64,000 bases of DNA. Source: Candidatus Latescibacterota bacterium (lineage in GTDB: Bacteria > Latescibacterota > UBA2968). The DNA is taken from assembly GCA_965207885.1 (NCBI GenBank), contig OZ242311.1:1792001-1856000 (forward strand). Reading direction: 5' to 3'. Below are positions 59,423-64,000 of this stretch, in pieces. Made by a program: the position numbers and the translations under genes. Under the pieces are notes generated by a model. That model worked only from the letters and a program-made list of their open reading frames with translations. It was not told where the DNA came from and searched no databases. The stretch's first letter is position 1, and every line of letters begins with the position of its first letter.

Positions 59423-61407
59423 AAAACGCAAAACTCCGCTACAGACAGGTACACCTGGACTTTCACACCTCTGAACACTGCCCAAATGTCGGTGGCAAAT
59501 TTGACGAAGACCAGTTCATCGGCGCCCTAAAAAAGGGACATGTCAATTCCATAACCATCTTTGCACAATGCCATCACGGCTGGTGTTATTACCCCACAAA
59601 AACGGATATGGAACATCCCAACCTGCAAACCGACCTCGTCGGACGCATGCTCGCCGCAGCCAAAAAAGCCGACATCAACATGCCCGTCTATATCACCGTA
59701 CAATGGCAGGAAAAAGCCGCACGCGAACACCCCGAATGGCGCGTGAGGCGACCCGACGGGAGCTATGTGGGACGGCCAACAATGCACCCCCATACCCCAC
59801 TGCCACACGGCGGATGGTATCGCCTGTGTTGCAACACGCCCTATCTGGACGCGAGTGTCTTGCCCGTATTGACAGAAGTAATGGACATGTACAATCCCTC
59901 TGGCATATTTCTCGACATCACCGGGGAAGAAATTTGCACCTGTGATTGGTGTATCGCCAGCATGCACGAAAAGGGACTCGACCCCGATAACGCTGGAGAT
60001 CGGATTATCCACTCACAAGATGTGTACAAAGACTATCTATCCAAAACCACGGACATCATCTGGAGCCGAAATCCCGACGCCACAATTTATCACAACGGAA
60101 GCGACAAAAAGGGGCGCCACGACCTCTACCCCTACTGGTCGCACCACGAAATTGAATCGCTGCCAACCGGCATGTGGGGATACAACCACTTCCCGACAAA
60201 CGCGCGCTACTTCACAAACCTGCCCGACTGCAACGCAATCGCACAAACGGGCAAATTCCATCGCATGTGGGGCGAATTTGGCGGCTTCAAAAATCCAGTC
60301 GCACTGGAATATGAAGTCGGACAAATCATCTCATTAAACTGCCGCTGTATGGTAGGCGATCAACTCCATCCAGAAGGTGAGATGGACGAAGAAACCTATC
60401 GCATCATAGGCGAGGCATACAAACGCGTTGAAGAACGCGAACCCTGGCTGGAAGGTGCCGAACACGTAGTAGATGTGGCGATCCTCGCACCCTCGGGAAT
60501 ACACAAAGACAGAGACCTGGAAGACAGCGAAGTCGGCGCCGGACTCATGCTCATGGAAAACCACATCCCATTCTTAATGCTCGACGAAACAATGGACCTA
60601 TCCCCCTACCAGCTATTAATTCTACCAGACAGCGTGCGCGTGGATAACGAACTAAAAGCAAAAATCGACACATTTCTGGCGGGCGGCGGCAAGCTCCTGT
60701 CATCTGGCGAAAGCGGCCTGGACCCCTCGGGAAAAGATTTTGTATATGACATCGGCGCAAATTATACCGGACCCTCGCCCAACGATATAGAATACGTAGT
60801 CGTCGGCGACACCATCGCCGCAAATTTGGTCCGCACCCCATTCCTCGTCTATGAATCCGGCGTAACCACAAAAGTGACAGACGGCGAAATACTCGCATCC
60901 GCTTGGAAACCGTATTTTAACCGCACATACGGAAAATTCTGCTCCCACCGAAACACCCCTTATGAAGGCGACGCGGGTTGGCCCTCTGTCATACGCAAAG
61001 GCAACATCATCCACATCGCACAACCCATCTTCAGAGTATATGACGACCAGGGCATGCAATTGCACCGCGACCTGGTAAAAAATTGCATTGACCTGCTCTA
61101 CGCCAACCCCTTATTGCAGGTCGGCCTGCCATCGTGCGGCCGCGTAAATCTAACCCGCCAACCCCAGGAAGGAAATCGGCTAATTTTGCATCTCATGTAC
61201 GCCAACCCCATCAAACGGGGCGATACAAATGTAATAGAAGACATTATCCCACTGTACGATATTCCGGTCTCATTAAAAGCGGACCGCGACATATCTCGCG
61301 TATATCTCGCACCCGAAAACGAGGACATTGAATTTGCAGTAGCAGACGGGCGCGTATCATTTACCGTGCCAAAAGTCGAAATGAATCAGATTGTGGTAAT
61401 TGAATAA
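59419..61407 (+). CDS. GH151-like alpha-L-fucosidase with trimerisation domain
   Basis: RQVHLDFHTSE, CHHGWCYYPT, GIFLDI, EIESLPTGxWGY, GKFHxxWGEFGGFK, GDQLHP. Confidence 0.85.
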   Translation: MKNAKLRYRQVHLDFHTSEHCPNVGGKFDEDQFIGALKKGHVNSITIFAQCHHGWCYYPTKTDMEHPNLQTDLVGRMLAAAKKADINMPVYITVQWQEKAAREHPEWRVRRPDGSYVGRPTMHPHTPLPHGGWYRLCCNTPYLDASVLPVLTEVMDMYNPSGIFLDITGEEICTCDWCIASMHEKGLDPDNAGDRIIHSQDVYKDYLSKTTDIIWSRNPDATIYHNGSDKKGRHDLYPYWSHHEIESLPTGMWGYNHFPTNARYFTNLPDCNAIAQTGKFHRMWGEFGGFKNPVALEYEVGQIISLNCRCMVGDQLHPEGEMDEETYRIIGEAYKRVEEREPWLEGAEHVVDVAILAPSGIHKDRDLEDSEVGAGLMLMENHIPFLMLDETMDLSPYQLLILPDSVRVDNELKAKIDTFLAGGGKLLSSGESGLDPSGKDFVYDIGANYTGPSPNDIEYVVVGDTIAANLVRTPFLVYESGVTTKVTDGEILASAWKPYFNRTYGKFCSHRNTPYEGDAGWPSVIRKGNIIHIAQPIFRVYDDQGMQLHRDLVKNCIDLLYANPLLQVGLPSCGRVNLTRQPQEGNRLILHLMYANPIKRGDTNVIEDIIPLYDIPVSLKADRDISRVYLAPENEDIEFAVADGRVSFTVPKVEMNQIVVIE

Positions 61408-61422
61408 AAAAAGGAGGCTCTT

Positions 61423-62334
61423 ATGCCAGAAACAAAAAAAATCGTCCGGTCGGAACCCTTTGTAATCAACAAAAACATGGGCAGCCCGATGGCGATATCC
61501 GCCAGAGACCTCACGCCAAAAAATGCGGATGGTCTCCCCGTAGTCTTGCCAACGGAAAAACAAAAATACGACTTTGATCGCAATGGGTGGCTCTTAATCC
61601 CCGGCGTACTCTCCAAAGACGAATGCGACGAAATGCGGACCTTTGCCGAACGACTGGCCAAAGACCCCGAAAGCATACCCGAACACGAACGCTGTCCGCT
61701 TGGCGGACCACTGCAAAAATTAGCCGATCACCCCGTTATCGTCGGATTTATGAATGAATTCGTGGCATATCCACCCCTCGCCAACGACGAGCGATATGGA
61801 TTCAGACTGGAAACATCCCACCTGTTCTACCGCGATGCTGAAACACCCGGAAAATTTAGTCCACATAATGGCAATGGCCTGTTTCGCATGCCCTGGGACT
61901 CCCACTTTTACCGGTGCATCCCCGGCAAAGCCTGGAGCGGACTAACGCGCGTCGTATGGGAATTTAACCCCGTCAAAAAAGGCCAGGGTAGCACATTATT
62001 TGTACCGGGCAGCCACAAAGCCGCTTATCCAGCACCCGAAACCGTCCGCGACCCCGACTCAACCATGTGGGAAACATATAGCTGCCCACCCGGATCGCTA
62101 TTGTTCTTCACCGAAGCAATCACGCACAGCGCACATCCCTGGACCAACACCGAAAACAATCGCCTCGCCGTATTCAACCTCTACAACATCGTCGCGAGCC
62201 GATGGCATTCGTGGTTGCCCCCCGAAAAACTCATCGAATCCATGCCACCCCTCAGACAAACGCTCTTCAGCGAACCGTACAACGAAAAAGTGGATACATT
62301 TTTCCCGCGCACAACAGCGTATATGGACGGGTGA
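61423..62334 (+). CDS. PhyH-family Fe(II)/2OG enzyme with H-N-G motif
   Basis: QKYDFDRNGW, PHNG, VPGSHK, GSLLFFTEAITHS, R. Confidence 0.85.
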   Translation: MPETKKIVRSEPFVINKNMGSPMAISARDLTPKNADGLPVVLPTEKQKYDFDRNGWLLIPGVLSKDECDEMRTFAERLAKDPESIPEHERCPLGGPLQKLADHPVIVGFMNEFVAYPPLANDERYGFRLETSHLFYRDAETPGKFSPHNGNGLFRMPWDSHFYRCIPGKAWSGLTRVVWEFNPVKKGQGSTLFVPGSHKAAYPAPETVRDPDSTMWETYSCPPGSLLFFTEAITHSAHPWTNTENNRLAVFNLYNIVASRWHSWLPPEKLIESMPPLRQTLFSEPYNEKVDTFFPRTTAYMDG

Positions 62335-62351
62335 ATAAAAAGGAGATCGAC

Positions 62352-63251
62352 ATGGACAGCAACGGAACAGTAACACCTTATATCATCGACAAAAATCTGG
62401 GCAGCCCAATGGACGACTACTCAGATACATTGCCAAAGAAAAATGGCGATGGGTTAGACATCATCGAACCGACCACAGAGCAGAAGTACCGGTTCGACAA
62501 AGACGGGTGGCTCTTAGTCCCCGGCGTACTGAGCGAACAGGACATCAAAGAAATGCGGGAATATTGTATTCAACTGCACTTCGACCCCGAATCGCTCCCC
62601 GAACACGAACGCACCCCGCTGGCAGGTCCAACACAGAAATTGATAGATCACCCTCTGGTAGTCGGCATGATGAACGAATTCATGGCCAATCCCCGCTTAT
62701 CAAGCCCCAATTGTTATGGATTCAGTTTGGCCGCCAATGGACTCTGGTACAGAACCGCACCCAATCGGCGCAATGAAGGCAAAAGAGAAGCCCGTCAGTT
62801 TAGCCCACACAACGGCAATGGACTATATCGCCTGCCCGGCGACGCGCACTACTACAACGCCTTTCCCGGCAAAGCCAACAGCCCACATACGCGCGTGGTT
62901 TGGGAATTGAACCCCGTCAAACACAAACAGGGCGGCACACTCCTCGTAACGGGCAGCCACAAAGCCGTGTACACCGCGCCCGACGAAATACAAGACCCCG
63001 ATTCCGGCATCTGGACAACCTATTCATGTCCGGCAGGCTCGGTCCTGTTTTTTGCAGAAGCGACAACACACAGCGCGTATCCGTGGATCAATGAAGAAAA
63101 CGACCGCATTGCCATTGCCAACCTCTACAACTTCGTAGATGGCGGTCACGCCAGATTGCTGAGACCAGACCCCCGCATCCTGAAATCCATGCCCCCGATT
63201 CGCCAGACCCTGTTCAGAGAGCGATTTGCCGGTCAAAATGTCGTCAGGTGA
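62352..63251 (+). CDS. PhyH-family Fe(II)/2OG enzyme with H-N-G motif (tandem paralog)
   Basis: AAGGAG RBS before ATG 62352; QKYRFDKDGW, PHNG, GSHK, TTHS. Confidence 0.85.
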   Translation: MDSNGTVTPYIIDKNLGSPMDDYSDTLPKKNGDGLDIIEPTTEQKYRFDKDGWLLVPGVLSEQDIKEMREYCIQLHFDPESLPEHERTPLAGPTQKLIDHPLVVGMMNEFMANPRLSSPNCYGFSLAANGLWYRTAPNRRNEGKREARQFSPHNGNGLYRLPGDAHYYNAFPGKANSPHTRVVWELNPVKHKQGGTLLVTGSHKAVYTAPDEIQDPDSGIWTTYSCPAGSVLFFAEATTHSAYPWINEENDRIAIANLYNFVDGGHARLLRPDPRILKSMPPIRQTLFRERFAGQNVVR

Positions 63252-63258
63252 GAACATC

Positions 63259-63999
63259 ATGGCCGAAAATCGACCCAATATCCTGTTCATAATGACCGAT
63301 GAGCAGCGATTTGACCATCTGGGAAGCGTAAACCCCGCGGTAAAAACACCGCACATAGACGCGCTGGCCAATGACGGCGTTCTATTCCCCCGGGCATATA
63401 CGCCCAATCCATCCTGTGTACCTGCACGGGCGGGAATATTCACGGGAAAATATCCACACCAGTGCGCGGCACCCACCTTTATCACCTACTTGCCAGCGCA
63501 CGAAAAGACATTCATGAGTTATTTGCAGGAAGCGGGATATTACACAGCAGTAATTGGAAAACAGCACTTTGGCGAATCGAAAATTGAACGGGGTTATAAC
63601 TACGAAGATATTATAGACAGCCACAGCCCCGCACCTCAGAATCCAAATCGCAACTCCTATAACCAGTGGTTATGGGACTCTGGATTTAAGCACCGCAACG
63701 AACTGATACAGGGAAATCCCGACATCAGAAGATATTCGGAATGGAAAGCGAACCCAAAATACCACGTCGATCACTACGTAGGCGACCGGGGCCGCGAATG
63801 GATCGAAAGCGGCATGCCCGAAAATCGCCCCTGGTTTTGCTGGATCTCATTTCCAGGACCACATGGACCCATTGACTGTGGCAACTTACCCCAGGCCGAC
63901 CTGTACGACCCGGCAGACATCGACATGCCAGAGACAGACTTTGAGATGCTGTCACAAAAACCCCCGCACAATTCACTTCGCGGCGGCCCCGTGCGCCAA
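63259..63999 (+). CDS. S1 sulfatase, 3'-truncated by the window edge
   Basis: MAENRPNILFIMTDEQR, TPHID, SCVPAR, GKQH, SFPGPH; open to the end of the window and missing from the ORF track. Confidence 0.9.
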   Translation, partial: MAENRPNILFIMTDEQRFDHLGSVNPAVKTPHIDALANDGVLFPRAYTPNPSCVPARAGIFTGKYPHQCAAPTFITYLPAHEKTFMSYLQEAGYYTAVIGKQHFGESKIERGYNYEDIIDSHSPAPQNPNRNSYNQWLWDSGFKHRNELIQGNPDIRRYSEWKANPKYHVDHYVGDRGREWIESGMPENRPWFCWISFPGPHGPIDCGNLPQADLYDPADIDMPETDFEMLSQKPPHNSLRGGPVRQ

Positions 64000-64000
64000 C

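Noticed and set aside
1-64000. rRNA, tRNA or prophage genes
   Set aside because: None recognised; the window is almost fully accounted for by the listed CDSs.

Overview
Bacterial window, probably from an FCB-group lineage such as Latescibacterota or Gemmatimonadota and possibly host/sponge-associated. This is an inference from the T9SS-type CTD plus PorV, the sulfatases, the PhyH expansion and an ankyrin protein. Four blocks: (1) 1-9.6 kb: T9SS cargo and PorV, a GH50-like protein, two DUF6785/6784-type membrane proteins, a small low-GC islet, an orphan antitoxin and an ECF sigma-DUF1080 fusion. (2) 9.8-27.2 kb and 38.9-47.5 kb: two arrays totalling nine ~800-aa MacB/FtsX-type ABC permease genes (seven intact, one internally deleted, one split by an IS4-family element). 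No ATPase is in view, and each array is headed by a homologous sigma54 promoter/enhancer module. (3) 27.3-38.7 kb: a cassette-like run of short unrelated modifying enzymes, gene stubs, junction repeats and an IS200/IS605-like miniature element, with no integrase or attC. (4) 47.5-64 kb: a strongly C/A-skewed catabolic cluster with a heparinase II/III-like protein, two sulfatases, a GH151-like fucosidase, a third DUF6785 protein and five PhyH-family Fe/2OG genes, three of which carry the H-X-G motif typical of radical halogenases. All family calls come from motif recognition by eye; no database search was run.
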